Source: a virus. From it: DNA of 64,000 nt. Below, piece by piece: positions 48,008 to 57,321 of the stretch. Positions within the stretch are counted from its first letter, which is position 1; each line of letters opens with the position of its first letter. The position numbers were made by a program, and so were the translations under genes. The notes beneath the pieces are model-generated. The model made no database searches. It saw nothing but the letters and a program-made list of their open reading frames with translations, and had not been told where the DNA came from. The stretch spans positions 1-64,000 of the IMG/VR virus record IMGVR_UViG_3300020220_003756. One strand, 5' to 3'.

Positions 48008-48718
48008 TCAGTTGGTTTTTCTTATTTTGGCTAGATTGAAAAACTCTAAGATTAGTATATAGATCCATCCTATGTCTATTTCATACCAGCGTTGTTTGAA
48101 CTTAGCAGAGGCACCATCTGCGTGATGATTATTATGTAGTTCTTCACCACCTATCCATACAGCCCAAGGCCAAAGATTACGGCTAGTATCTTTGGTGTCT
48201 GTGTTGCGATATCCCCACCAATGGCTCAGTCCGTTGATAACTCCTGCTGCCCAGAAAGGTATCCACAGCATTTGAACACCCCAGACCACGAATCCCACAG
48301 GACCAAAAAGAGCAAGATCTATGATCAACATTATGAGAATCCCTAGGCGACTGTGTGGGGTGTATAAGTTTTCTTCTATCCAGTCGTTGGGCGTACCTGT
48401 GCCCAGTTCCTGTAGAAGTATTTTATTTTTTGCTGCTTTGACATAGAGCAAGGCACCACCAAACAGCACACGCCAGATACCACATATCTGAGGTGAGTGC
48501 GGATCTCCTTCTTGGTCGCTGCGTTGATGATGTTTACGATGTATGGCCACCCATTCTTTTGTGACCATGCCTGTGGTTAGCCATAACCAAAAACGCATAA
48601 AGTGTGCTACCGCAGGATGGAACTGCACTGCTCTGTGTGCCTGGCTACGATGTAGATACAGAGTAACACAGGCTATGGTGATTTGTACCATCACCAAGGT
48701 ATATATGATTGTTAACAT
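48008..48718 (-). CDS. membrane fatty acid (delta-9-like) desaturase
   Basis: His boxes HRSQAH, HRKHH, HNNHH. Confidence 0.95.
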   Translation of the reverse strand: MLTIIYTLVMVQITIACVTLYLHRSQAHRAVQFHPAVAHFMRFWLWLTTGMVTKEWVAIHRKHHQRSDQEGDPHSPQICGIWRVLFGGALLYVKAAKNKILLQELGTGTPNDWIEENLYTPHSRLGILIMLIIDLALFGPVGFVVWGVQMLWIPFWAAGVINGLSHWWGYRNTDTKDTSRNLWPWAVWIGGEELHNNHHADGASAKFKQRWYEIDIGWIYILILEFFNLAKIRKTN

Positions 48719-49344
48719 TAGTAGTTACCTGAGGCTAAAACTATTTTACAGATATGTTCCAGTCGCTCGATATGTTCGAAGGATCTCCATGGAGATTGAT
48801 CTATGGCTACAACCCCGTGACCTTTGATACCTACGATATCGTACTTAATCTCACCTGTAGTTTCATTTAAACCCAAGTTTTTGTGACACTGATCTCCTAG
48901 TTCCTGTGATATAGGAGGAACATCACCTACGTTCGTTGCTACCCTTGTATATCGACTAAGTTCTGGAAAATCTTTTACTAGTTCACTTAATTCTATACCG
49001 GCATGCATAGCGGCCACACAATAAGTCGGATGAAGGTGTGTTACAACTCTAACTTCATCTTTATGAATAGATTTTTGTAGTCCAAAATGTAAAGGCATTT
49101 CTCCTGTGGGCTTTAGTCCCTGTGAGATATCGCTGTAGGGCATCTCTTGCCATAATGTAACAGGACCTTTTAAAATTTTTATCTTCTTAAATTGGTCTGG
49201 TTGTAGTGTCTGTTTGCGAACACCACTGGGTGTGACATAAAAATGATCGCGGTCGTGATGACGGATACTGATATTACCATCACGACTCGTAATCCAATTA
49301 CGCTTATATGCCTCTACTAGAATATCACAGATAGTTTCTAACAT
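48718..49344 (-). CDS. class II aldolase/adducin family protein
   Basis: DGNIS, TPSG, E..LH, HLHP, HG. Confidence 0.9.
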   Translation of the reverse strand: MLETICDILVEAYKRNWITSRDGNISIRHHDRDHFYVTPSGVRKQTLQPDQFKKIKILKGPVTLWQEMPYSDISQGLKPTGEMPLHFGLQKSIHKDEVRVVTHLHPTYCVAAMHAGIELSELVKDFPELSRYTRVATNVGDVPPISQELGDQCHKNLGLNETTGEIKYDIVGIKGHGVVAIDQSPWRSFEHIERLEHICKIVLASGNY

Positions 49345-50642
49345 TAATGAAACTGTTCCTCTTCTGTGCTGCCTTTCAATGCCTGTGTTGAAGCATTTTT
49401 TTCTATAGTAGTAGTCACTCTATCGAAATATCCCGTACCTACTTCTCGCTGATGCTTGACTGCTTCAAATCCTCTGTCAGCGGCAGCGAACTCTTTCTCT
49501 TGTAGTTCCACAAATGCTGGCATGCCATCACGAGCATAGCCATAAGCCATATCAAACATATGGTAGTTAAGATTATGAAACCCAGCGAGTGTAATGAACT
49601 GGAACTTATAACCCATTGCTCCAAGCTCGCGCTGGAAACGGCTAATTGCGTCTGCATCTAGATTCTTCCTCCAATTAAATGATGGTGAACAGTTGTAGGC
49701 CAACATCTTGCCGGGATAGTGTCGGTGGATCTCTTCGGCAAACCTGCGTGCGAAATCAAGATCGGGTTTCCCTGTTTCACACCATACGAGATCTGCATAG
49801 GGGCAGTAGGCCAGTGCTCTGCTGACTGCTTGGTCGAATCCTGCTCGGGTTCTAAAGAAACCTTCCACAGTTCTTTCACCAGTAAGAAAAGGAACGTCGT
49901 TAGGATCAACATCGCTAGTGATAAGGTCACCAGCTTCGGCATCAGTACGAGCGATAACGAGAGTAGGCACGCCCAAGACATCAGCAGCGAGACGAGCGGC
50001 AACAAGTTTATTGACTGCTTCTCTGGTTGGTACAAGGACTTTTCCTCCCATATGTCCGCATTTCTTGACTGATGCTAACTGATCTTCGAAGTGTACTCCT
50101 GCAGCACCTGCTCGGATCATGGCTTTCATCAGTTCAAAAGCATTTAACACACCACCAAAGCCTGCTTCAGCATCAGCGACTATGGGTGCGAAGAAATCTC
50201 TATCTCCCGTCTGTTCCATCCACTGTATCTGATCTGCTCTGCGGAATGTGTTGTTTATTCTATTTACTACCGCAGGCACTGAATCTGCTGGGTATAGACT
50301 CTGATCTGGATACATCTCTCCTGCTAGATTAGCATCACCTGCTACCTGCCATCCGCTTAGATATATTGCTTTGAGTCCTGCTTTGACCTGCTGTAGGGCC
50401 TGCATGCCTGTTAGAGCACCTAGTGTATTGACATATGGCTCATCGTGCAAGAGTCGCCATAGTTTTTTGGCTTGATCGACAGCAAACTGATCTGGATAAA
50501 CTCGCGAACCTTGTAGATTTACTACATCCTCTGCTGTGTAGGGTCTTTTAACCCCACTCCATCTGTCATTGGTGGCCCATTCTTTTTGTAGACGATATGC
50601 CAGCCAACTTCTATCTGCTGTCTGTGAGTGTGTTGGTTCCAT
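49344..50642 (-). CDS. aceA: isocitrate lyase
   Basis: [33 protein letters not shown]. Confidence 0.98.
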   Translation of the reverse strand: MEPTHSQTADRSWLAYRLQKEWATNDRWSGVKRPYTAEDVVNLQGSRVYPDQFAVDQAKKLWRLLHDEPYVNTLGALTGMQALQQVKAGLKAIYLSGWQVAGDANLAGEMYPDQSLYPADSVPAVVNRINNTFRRADQIQWMEQTGDRDFFAPIVADAEAGFGGVLNAFELMKAMIRAGAAGVHFEDQLASVKKCGHMGGKVLVPTREAVNKLVAARLAADVLGVPTLVIARTDAEAGDLITSDVDPNDVPFLTGERTVEGFFRTRAGFDQAVSRALAYCPYADLVWCETGKPDLDFARRFAEEIHRHYPGKMLAYNCSPSFNWRKNLDADAISRFQRELGAMGYKFQFITLAGFHNLNYHMFDMAYGYARDGMPAFVELQEKEFAAADRGFEAVKHQREVGTGYFDRVTTTIEKNASTQALKGSTEEEQFH

Positions 50643-50690
50643 TTTGCTTCTCCTAATTTGTGTCCAGTATTTATGGCAGAGCAGCAGAGG

Positions 50691-50719
50691 TTGACAAAAT
50701 CATTAACTGAGCATATAAT
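50691..50719 (+). promoter_or_regulatory. consensus sigma70 promoter, leaderless; divergent from the aceA late promoter
   Basis: TTGACA-17-TATAAT-6-ATG; minus-strand TAAATA at 50668-50673. Confidence 0.85.
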
Positions 50720-50725
50720 AACAAT

Positions 50726-51454
50726 ATGAAAAAAAGCATCGCAGCTCTGTCCATTTTAATTGCTTGTCAGAGTTGGGCACAACAATGGCACATCGAAGAA
50801 TCATGGAAATCTGCTGTTGTGCATGTACCAGGAAAATGGTTTTCTTCTAAATTGGAAAATGTAGAAGTAGAAAATCCCATGCCTGTGGTTATATACTTGC
50901 ATGGATGCTCTGGCATTTCTCAGACAGATCAAAGTTGGGCTCGAACATTAAAGGGCATGGGCTTCGTGGTGGTCATGCCCGATTCTTTAGCCATACCCGG
51001 TCGGCAAAGCAATTGCGATACTGTTAATAAAAAAACTAATCTAGGCAAAGTGAATGCTACAGAACTCCGTAGCCGAGAAGTCGAATACGCACTAAAACAA
51101 ATAAGACTCAAACCTTGGGCGGATCAAAGAAGAATCTTTATTATGGGACACAGCGAAGGCGCAGTAGGGGTTACGAGAGTCAACGACGAATTAATCAAAG
51201 GCATAGTGATATCAGGTTTCCCTTGTGTGCATGGCCTTTGGGCAGATAAAAATATTCCAGTTCTGGCGATAGGTTGGAGTGAGGATCCCTGGTTCGGTAA
51301 TAGATATAATCATCGACAGTGTATCGATCATTGGGGTGATCGATCAGATGCTACACAGATAGTTCTAGAAGGTAGAGGGCACGGAACTGCTGAAGAATCC
51401 AGGGCTATAGAAGGTGTCAAAAGTTTTTTTAAAAGGTTAATCAGTGAAAAATAA
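50726..51454 (+). CDS. secreted alpha/beta hydrolase (dienelactone hydrolase-like)
   Basis: signal peptide, LHGCSG, GHSEG nucleophile elbow, D and H of the triad. Confidence 0.85.
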   Translation: MKKSIAALSILIACQSWAQQWHIEESWKSAVVHVPGKWFSSKLENVEVENPMPVVIYLHGCSGISQTDQSWARTLKGMGFVVVMPDSLAIPGRQSNCDTVNKKTNLGKVNATELRSREVEYALKQIRLKPWADQRRIFIMGHSEGAVGVTRVNDELIKGIVISGFPCVHGLWADKNIPVLAIGWSEDPWFGNRYNHRQCIDHWGDRSDATQIVLEGRGHGTAEESRAIEGVKSFFKRLISEK

Positions 51455-52034
51455 AGTTATTTTAACAGACGCAGACGGTGTAATTTTGGATTGGGAGTAC
51501 GCCTTTGATATTTGGATGCAAGAACACGGTTTCCAAAAGCAAGACGGTGGACAGTTCATCTACAATATCGGTCGTCGATACGGCATCGATATGGAGCAGG
51601 GCAAGAAGCTGATTAAAATCTTTAACGAATCGGCATCTGTTGGATTCCTTCCTGCACTACGAGATTCGATGTATTATGTAAAACGACTGCACGAAGAGCA
51701 AGGTTATGTGTTCCACTGCATCACTAGCCTTAGCAAAAACGAAAACGCTCAAAAACTTCGCACGATGAATCTGCAGAAGCTGTTTGGCAAGACAGCCTTT
51801 GCACACTACATCTTCCTAGATACGGGTGAGGACAAAGACGGTGTCCTGCAGGATTACAAAGATTCTGGACTTTGGTGGATTGAGGACAAGATCACTAATG
51901 CAGAAACAGGATTGAATTTAGGATTGAAACCTTTGCTCATGGAACACGGGCATAATATGGATTACGATAACCCATTGATTCCTAGAGTAAAAAATTGGAA
52001 AGATATCTACGAAAGAATCGTAGACAGTGTTTAA
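51444..52034 (+). CDS. HAD-family phosphatase (5'-nucleotidase-like)
   Basis: DADGV, ITS, K, IEDK. Confidence 0.85.
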   Translation: MKNKVILTDADGVILDWEYAFDIWMQEHGFQKQDGGQFIYNIGRRYGIDMEQGKKLIKIFNESASVGFLPALRDSMYYVKRLHEEQGYVFHCITSLSKNENAQKLRTMNLQKLFGKTAFAHYIFLDTGEDKDGVLQDYKDSGLWWIEDKITNAETGLNLGLKPLLMEHGHNMDYDNPLIPRVKNWKDIYERIVDSV

Positions 52035-52137
52035 AGTTTTAAACTTTATACTTTTGTGCTTAGTGGTTTTTGGAATGTGCCTGCTGATCATTCCGATTAT
52101 TGGAATAGTGTTCGGCTTAATAAAAAGCTCACTTTAG
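52027..52137 (+). CDS. 36 aa hydrophobic peptide (not in ORF track)
   Basis: GTG overlapping the previous stop; MFKVLNFILLCLVVFGMCLLIIPIIGIVFGLIKSSL. Confidence 0.4.
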   Translation: MFKVLNFILLCLVVFGMCLLIIPIIGIVFGLIKSSL

Positions 52138-52221
52138 GATGCCATTCCGGGGCACGACTCCCATAACATCCACGCCAGCAGCCGGCGACACCTATGTAAC
52201 GATAACGTCCTAAGGTAGGTG
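52122..52221 (-). ncRNA. candidate ~100-nt structured RNA
   Basis: closing stem UUAGGA-C-GUUAU / AUGGC-A-UCCUAA, inner stems CGCCGG/CUGGCG and GGG/CCC, ends in U5. Confidence 0.6.
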
Positions 52222-52659
52222 TTAGTTGCACCAACTTTGTTTTGCATCACCGTAGTATTCACGGGCTAGTCCGTTGGCGATCAAACCTTGGCGCACACTC
52301 TGTCCATTGACCGTGATGTCACCTAGCACTCGTCCACCGAACTTGTCCCAACCGTATAAGGTGACCTGTATCTTACCTCCCTGTTGTATCAGCTGTGTGG
52401 TCCACTTGCTGGCCATCTGTGCTCGCTGGTCCTCCTGCGGGCACTGGGCACGGTGTCCTTTCTCTGGGGTATCCACACCAAAAATCCTGACAGCCAGTTC
52501 TGGCTTTAGGGGTGCTGGTAGGAAGGGTGCGGCAATCACGATGGTGTCGCCGTCTGATACTCTAATGACCTGCGCATCGTAGGTCGCAGAGTTCTTGGGC
52601 ATCTTCTGCGCCAGGGCGATCATTGGTACTGCCAGTAATAATAGTAGTAGTTTTTTCAT
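52222..52659 (-). CDS. secreted thermonuclease (SNase family)
   Basis: signal peptide, DGDT, VRIFGVDTPE, DKFGGRVL. Confidence 0.93.
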   Translation of the reverse strand: MKKLLLLLLAVPMIALAQKMPKNSATYDAQVIRVSDGDTIVIAAPFLPAPLKPELAVRIFGVDTPEKGHRAQCPQEDQRAQMASKWTTQLIQQGGKIQVTLYGWDKFGGRVLGDITVNGQSVRQGLIANGLAREYYGDAKQSWCN

Positions 52660-52674
52660 GATATTTCCTTTTTG

Positions 52675-53325
52675 TTATTTATTCTTAGTCCAGAAGCCCA
52701 GGCGTTCTCCAGCAGGGCTGGCATACCACGAATATCCCTGGGGATTCGCGAGACTGTCCCCTCGCCAGACGGGTATTATTTCGTCCGATCCATGATTCGC
52801 GAAATCATCGTTCCAGCGCAGATGCACTTCTATGGCTTTGGTACCTATGTATTCTACATTGACCCAGGCTGCCTGTGTTTCTAGTCCTTTTAGAAAACTC
52901 GGAAACGGTAATCTATCTGATACCTTAGACCAGCGGCTGAACCTATCTAGCCTGTCGGGATCGTTCCGGAATCCCTCCACGGTGAGTTCCTGCTGTCCCC
53001 AGTGATAGTCTACAGAGATGTGCCTGCCCACAAGCACTTCGCTCCAGAAATATCCGTCTGGTACTACTCCATCGTCACCTCGATGCATGAACATTTTTTG
53101 GGCGCCTCGGCTCATCATCCTTATATTAGTGATGGGACGCACGATATAATAACCGTCTCGGGGTACAGGTATACCTGCGGGAGCAGCCATTATGTCCTGC
53201 TTACGGGCTACGATCAGTTTGTCGTAGATCCAAAGCCAATCGCGAGGACAGCGATTCCACACGTCTCTGTCACTGACCTGATCCACGGTCTGTTTCTTTG
53301 AACTGATAGAACCAATTGGTATCAC
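52675..53325 (-). CDS. hypothetical protein (possible ATP-grasp-like)
   Basis: WIYDKL, YIVRP, SVDY, NVEY...IEVHLR; true start probably GTG 53286. Confidence 0.7.
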   Translation of the reverse strand: MIPIGSISSKKQTVDQVSDRDVWNRCPRDWLWIYDKLIVARKQDIMAAPAGIPVPRDGYYIVRPITNIRMMSRGAQKMFMHRGDDGVVPDGYFWSEVLVGRHISVDYHWGQQELTVEGFRNDPDRLDRFSRWSKVSDRLPFPSFLKGLETQAAWVNVEYIGTKAIEVHLRWNDDFANHGSDEIIPVWRGDSLANPQGYSWYASPAGERLGFWTKNK

Positions 53326-53923
53326 CGCCCGTGCTCCATTTGCTGACGTTCTCCACTGACCATATATCTGCGGGGATCTTGAAATCTGGTGTTTTCAGTT
53401 CATTGGGCACGAGACTGACATCATACCATAGGCAGCGATTGTTGGGTTGGCAGGCAAACTGTCCATTGTCTAGTTTGATAAAATTATAGCTCTTGTGTTC
53501 CTGCGCTCCTTCCGTGAATGTGACATCCAGCCTGTTGTGGTCGGGCGCAGCGAAGTCTATGGTGAACAGATAGTTGCCCAGATGAAACTTGCGATCCTTG
53601 CCATAATATTTGACCTTGAGTCCACGGAGATTTGATTTCTCTATGACTGCCATATCGTAGCCTAGGCAGTCCCAGATCTGGAGATTATCCAAGGGCAAAT
53701 ATTCAGACACGGGCTTCCACACGAACGCTGAGATGGGCAGTTTGTCGTAGAGCGCACCGTAGTCTGTGAGCATACATTCTATGCGGAAGGCCTGTCCTTT
53801 GATCGCTTTGGCTGTGATCCAGAAGCAGGGTTCTAGTTCACCCTGTCGCCTTTCCTGATTGTAAAGGAACTCCGCACGGACGAAACACTTCACGGGAGGT
53901 ATGTTGGCTACTAGGAAAGTCAT
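53270..53923 (-). CDS. conserved hypothetical phage protein
   Basis: ANIPP, YDKLPISAF, WDC, EHK, LDNGQFACQPNNR. Confidence 0.8.
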   Translation of the reverse strand: MTFLVANIPPVKCFVRAEFLYNQERRQGELEPCFWITAKAIKGQAFRIECMLTDYGALYDKLPISAFVWKPVSEYLPLDNLQIWDCLGYDMAVIEKSNLRGLKVKYYGKDRKFHLGNYLFTIDFAAPDHNRLDVTFTEGAQEHKSYNFIKLDNGQFACQPNNRCLWYDVSLVPNELKTPDFKIPADIWSVENVSKWSTGGDTNWFYQFKETDRGSGQ

Positions 53924-54096
53924 TACAACCTACCTATTTCGACTCTTTCTTCAGTTTCAGCACAATTAGGACAACTGCATTCTGTACAGTCACAGTCGTC
54001 AGTCATGCAACTGTTTCCGCAGTGTTGGGTACAGCCGCATCGACATTTTGCTTGCAATTTGAAATATGCTTCGTTGTCGTCTATGAAGTTTTCCAT
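53923..54096 (-). CDS. metallothionein-like Cys-rich 57 aa protein (not in ORF track)
   Basis: CRCGCTQHCGNSCMTDDCDCTECSCPNC (10 Cys); AAGGAG SD; TAATG-coupled to the next gene. Confidence 0.8.
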   Translation of the reverse strand: MENFIDDNEAYFKLQAKCRCGCTQHCGNSCMTDDCDCTECSCPNCAETEERVEIGRL

Positions 54097-54138
54097 AATT
54101 TATCGCTCCTTCAATTCTAATCCCTGCAAACTTTCTCA

Positions 54139-56250
54139 TCATGCGTGTTCCTGCCAAGTTACAGTTCCTGTGGCTTGACCGTCGGCCACAGAGCTTATAG
54201 CGGCCAAACACCATATATCTGACACGCCAGCTAATGTTCTACCTAATTGTTGACTAAAATCAATTTCGTTGCCCATGGATAGACTGCCACCTCTAGTTGG
54301 GCCTATAAACATACCCTGATCTATCACAGTGCCCCCAGTAAGTGCAGTGGCTGATAAGTCATATTCGACTGAACTATCTGCTCCTGCTGACTGGAAACTT
54401 GCTCCAGTTAAAGTAGGATTTAGAATAATTCTATATGAATAATTTGCATCATTCAGTCCAAGCACTTCAAATTTAGCTGGAACTACAACTGCATCTAAAA
54501 ACTGACTTTTTAATCTAATATTTATTAACGGTCGGTAAATTGAATCGCTTAGATTTTTTCCAGACAAACTATTTCCTATGGATCTAGGTATACTGCGATT
54601 TACGTATCCGCCCTCAGAAATAACCGTGCTACAAATAACCTGCATAGCAGTGTACTCTGATACTTCTCTTTCCGATTCGTCAACTAACAGTTCATATCTT
54701 ACAGGCAAGGTAGCAGTGGTCATGTAAACCAAAGCTAGATTTCCAGCATGATGGAATGTATGACATACTATGAAGTTACCGTCGATTACAAAACCAGTTC
54801 TAACTGATCCAACTCCTAGCCATTCTAAATCGCACCACCATATCTGTGCTTTAGTTACGTTTAGTGTTTTTCCGCTGGCACCTGTGCCATCAAGCTTGTC
54901 TCCATTCCAGCTACTTTGCGGAATTTTCTCTGTGCTGTCGTCTACAGAGCCTGTTGTGTACTTACGTATGACTATGTTCTTTATGGTGTCATTAGTTTCA
55001 AAATACACTCCGTTCTCTGTGCCAAAGAATCCAACACGTTGCGTTACACCTATTGTTGGATTGTTCATTACAAAGGATGCCATTACCAAAAGACTTTTAC
55101 CTGGTTGGTAACTGAACACCCTCTTGCTTTCTCTGACACAGGTTCCACCGGCACTTGTGGACATGGTGATTGTGCTAGTAAATGCATCAAATGTGATCGA
55201 ACCAGAGGATGTAGTTGATTCACTCCATTTTAGAGGATCATCTCTATATCTCAGAGCACCATCAAACAAGGTGTAAGGATCGCTAACACGAAGCCGGGCT
55301 ACAGCATCTAGGTTAGTGCCAGTGATAGTGGTTTCCGTAGTGCCCGTTATAGGTAGAGGATTAATGCTTGATACTGTTTGCCCATCTAAAGTTAAGGAAA
55401 CTTGTCCTATAATGCTAAGACTACTTTCGCCGCAGTTCTGTATCTCTAAACAGGTATTAGTGATGTTTACATCTAATGTAGTGTCTACGCAGTTCTGCAC
55501 TCCTATACAGGTGTTGCGGAGATCTACGGGGAATGGATTTTCTACAGTGACCGCCACACCTTCAACGGTGATATTTCCAGAAACACTTAACACCCCATCT
55601 GTGCCGCAATTCGTCACAGGTATACAGGTGCCTTCTGGAAAGGCTACTATCAACGGATTCAAATCTGACACTGGCAGACCTTCTAGGCCAGTTTCTATCT
55701 TTACTATTCCTACTACGCTGAGACTGCCTTCTCCACAGTTTTGTATAGATATACAGTCGTCGCCTAGAGTCACTGGTAAAGGATTGTTGTTCGCCACAGG
55801 CAATTCGTTGATAAGGATTATAGAATTAGCATTGGTGTTTAACCTGGTACCGTCGCAGTTCATGACCTTGAGGCAGGTGTCTGTGATGTCTACTGGTATG
55901 GGATTGCCCGTGGCCAGCGGTAGTCCTCCTACCAGCAATCCCACGTTGCCGCTAATCACCCAGGGGCTTGTGCCCTGATAGACCGTGCCCTGTATGGCCA
56001 GCGTGTTGCCGGAATCCGTCTTCACACTGACTTCTGGCATCGAGTTGATATCTACAGGTGGCATTGAAACAACATTAATATTAGTATCAATATTGATATC
56101 ACCTTGTACAATGATATTACCTTGGAAGTTAGAAATTACCCTCAGCGCAGGTTCGCCCGTGCTCAGGTAATCCATAGCGGTATGGAGGTCTGAAACATTG
56201 GGCTCCCAACTGTGTTGGTAGTTGGTTGAATTGGGATTCATTATTCCCAT
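54139..56250 (-). CDS. large beta-rich probable virion protein with internal repeats
   Basis: ~40-aa NP.PV...C-x5-C repeats; C-domain DAVARLRVS...YQPGKS...WNGDKLDG...EWLGVG. Confidence 0.8.
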   Translation of the reverse strand: MGIMNPNSTNYQHSWEPNVSDLHTAMDYLSTGEPALRVISNFQGNIIVQGDINIDTNINVVSMPPVDINSMPEVSVKTDSGNTLAIQGTVYQGTSPWVISGNVGLLVGGLPLATGNPIPVDITDTCLKVMNCDGTRLNTNANSIILINELPVANNNPLPVTLGDDCISIQNCGEGSLSVVGIVKIETGLEGLPVSDLNPLIVAFPEGTCIPVTNCGTDGVLSVSGNITVEGVAVTVENPFPVDLRNTCIGVQNCVDTTLDVNITNTCLEIQNCGESSLSIIGQVSLTLDGQTVSSINPLPITGTTETTITGTNLDAVARLRVSDPYTLFDGALRYRDDPLKWSESTTSSGSITFDAFTSTITMSTSAGGTCVRESKRVFSYQPGKSLLVMASFVMNNPTIGVTQRVGFFGTENGVYFETNDTIKNIVIRKYTTGSVDDSTEKIPQSSWNGDKLDGTGASGKTLNVTKAQIWWCDLEWLGVGSVRTGFVIDGNFIVCHTFHHAGNLALVYMTTATLPVRYELLVDESEREVSEYTAMQVICSTVISEGGYVNRSIPRSIGNSLSGKNLSDSIYRPLINIRLKSQFLDAVVVPAKFEVLGLNDANYSYRIILNPTLTGASFQSAGADSSVEYDLSATALTGGTVIDQGMFIGPTRGGSLSMGNEIDFSQQLGRTLAGVSDIWCLAAISSVADGQATGTVTWQEHA

Positions 56251-56253
56251 TGA

Positions 56254-56676
56254 TTAACTCCAGGGTCTACCGTTGACTGCTCCGCCCGGGTTGGGATTAT
56301 CTACCACCGAGTTACCTACATATTTGGTTGGTAGATCTGTAAGGGTATAGGTGCTTCTTGGATTACCGTCTGCTGCTCTAGTAGCCGCGGCAATTTCTAA
56401 TTTTTGTATCTGTCTATCTTCTTTGGTACCTACTTGATTTGGAGTGCAAAGCACAGTGTCTCCATCTACTATGCCTAGAGTAGTCAGTGAGGTACTGCTG
56501 TCTCCATATACAGTATCATTTATTGCAGGGTTATTTAATAAACTGATTTTGTAATAGTCAGTGGGTAGCCCTTCATCGGCAGCGATAGCGATAATCAATT
56601 GATCTATGGTGATCGTCAATGCCACTGTGACATCACGTTTTCTGCTGGTAAGCCCTATATAGTATATTGTGGCCAT
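56254..56676 (-). CDS. ubiquitin-like (beta-grasp) domain protein
   Basis: ungapped by-eye alignment of aa 4-44 to ubiquitin 3-43 (11 identities, EGLPTD vs EGIPPD); SL..LGI.DGDTV. Confidence 0.7.
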   Translation of the reverse strand: MATIYYIGLTSRKRDVTVALTITIDQLIIAIAADEGLPTDYYKISLLNNPAINDTVYGDSSTSLTTLGIVDGDTVLCTPNQVGTKEDRQIQKLEIAAATRAADGNPRSTYTLTDLPTKYVGNSVVDNPNPGGAVNGRPWS

Positions 56677-56966
56677 TAAATACTCCCATGAATTCTTATG
56701 CTGTTGCCTCTGATATCATCAACATGTTTGGGTTTGTTTGGACCGCCGCCTGCGGCTGTGGTCACTGCTTCAATGCTGGCATATTCTTCTTTGGGAGTAT
56801 TGGAGTATTCTGTCTCTTCTCTATTGTCGTTTAGATCTACGATCTGGCGGAATCTACGCATGTCATCATCATAGAACTGTTCAGCAGGCACGGGTTCATC
56901 AGCTCGAACTTGATCTTTGCCGTCGATGATATCTAAGATACCTCGTATAAGTTCTGATATCCTCAT
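56676..56966 (-). CDS. hypothetical protein (MRISEL N-terminus)
   Basis: 96 aa, coupled on both sides. Confidence 0.75.
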   Translation of the reverse strand: MRISELIRGILDIIDGKDQVRADEPVPAEQFYDDDMRRFRQIVDLNDNREETEYSNTPKEEYASIEAVTTAAGGGPNKPKHVDDIRGNSIRIHGSI

Positions 56967-57277
56967 TGTATGCCGCCTAGTTGTTTGATACGTGCTAATT
57001 CATCAACTTCTGCGGTTTCAGCATACTTGTTGGCTTTCATATAATCACGTGCAGTATCTAGATAGTCCATGGCTTTGACGATCTTGGCCTGTACCCATTC
57101 TGGCAAGTTTTCGTCCGCATGGATGATACTGTATAATTCTTTAGCAGCATCGTTGATAGTTCTTAAATCGTCTTTGGCCATATCACCTTCACGATCGTAT
57201 TCGCCTTTGTTGTACTCTGCATCAGGATCTACTGGACCGTGATCTTCGTTGGTTTCGCTGTTTACAATATTTGACAT
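56963..57277 (-). CDS. conserved hypothetical phage protein
   Basis: EGDMAK...LPEWVQAKI..A.DYL; GAGG SD. Confidence 0.75.
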   Translation of the reverse strand: MSNIVNSETNEDHGPVDPDAEYNKGEYDREGDMAKDDLRTINDAAKELYSIIHADENLPEWVQAKIVKAMDYLDTARDYMKANKYAETAEVDELARIKQLGGIQ

Positions 57278-57296
57278 GGTATTATCCTCGGTCTAA

Positions 57297-57314
57297 TATT
57301 TATCGGGTTAAATA
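57297..57314. promoter_or_regulatory. back-to-back late promoters
   Basis: TATTTA 57297-57302 (minus) and TAAATA 57309-57314 (plus), 7 nt before the hemA ATG. Confidence 0.7.
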
Positions 57315-57321
57315 ACTTTGT

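Noticed and set aside
53999-54214. 71-aa ORF from the track
   Set aside because: Overlaps two better-supported genes (the 703-aa protein and the Cys-rich ORF)
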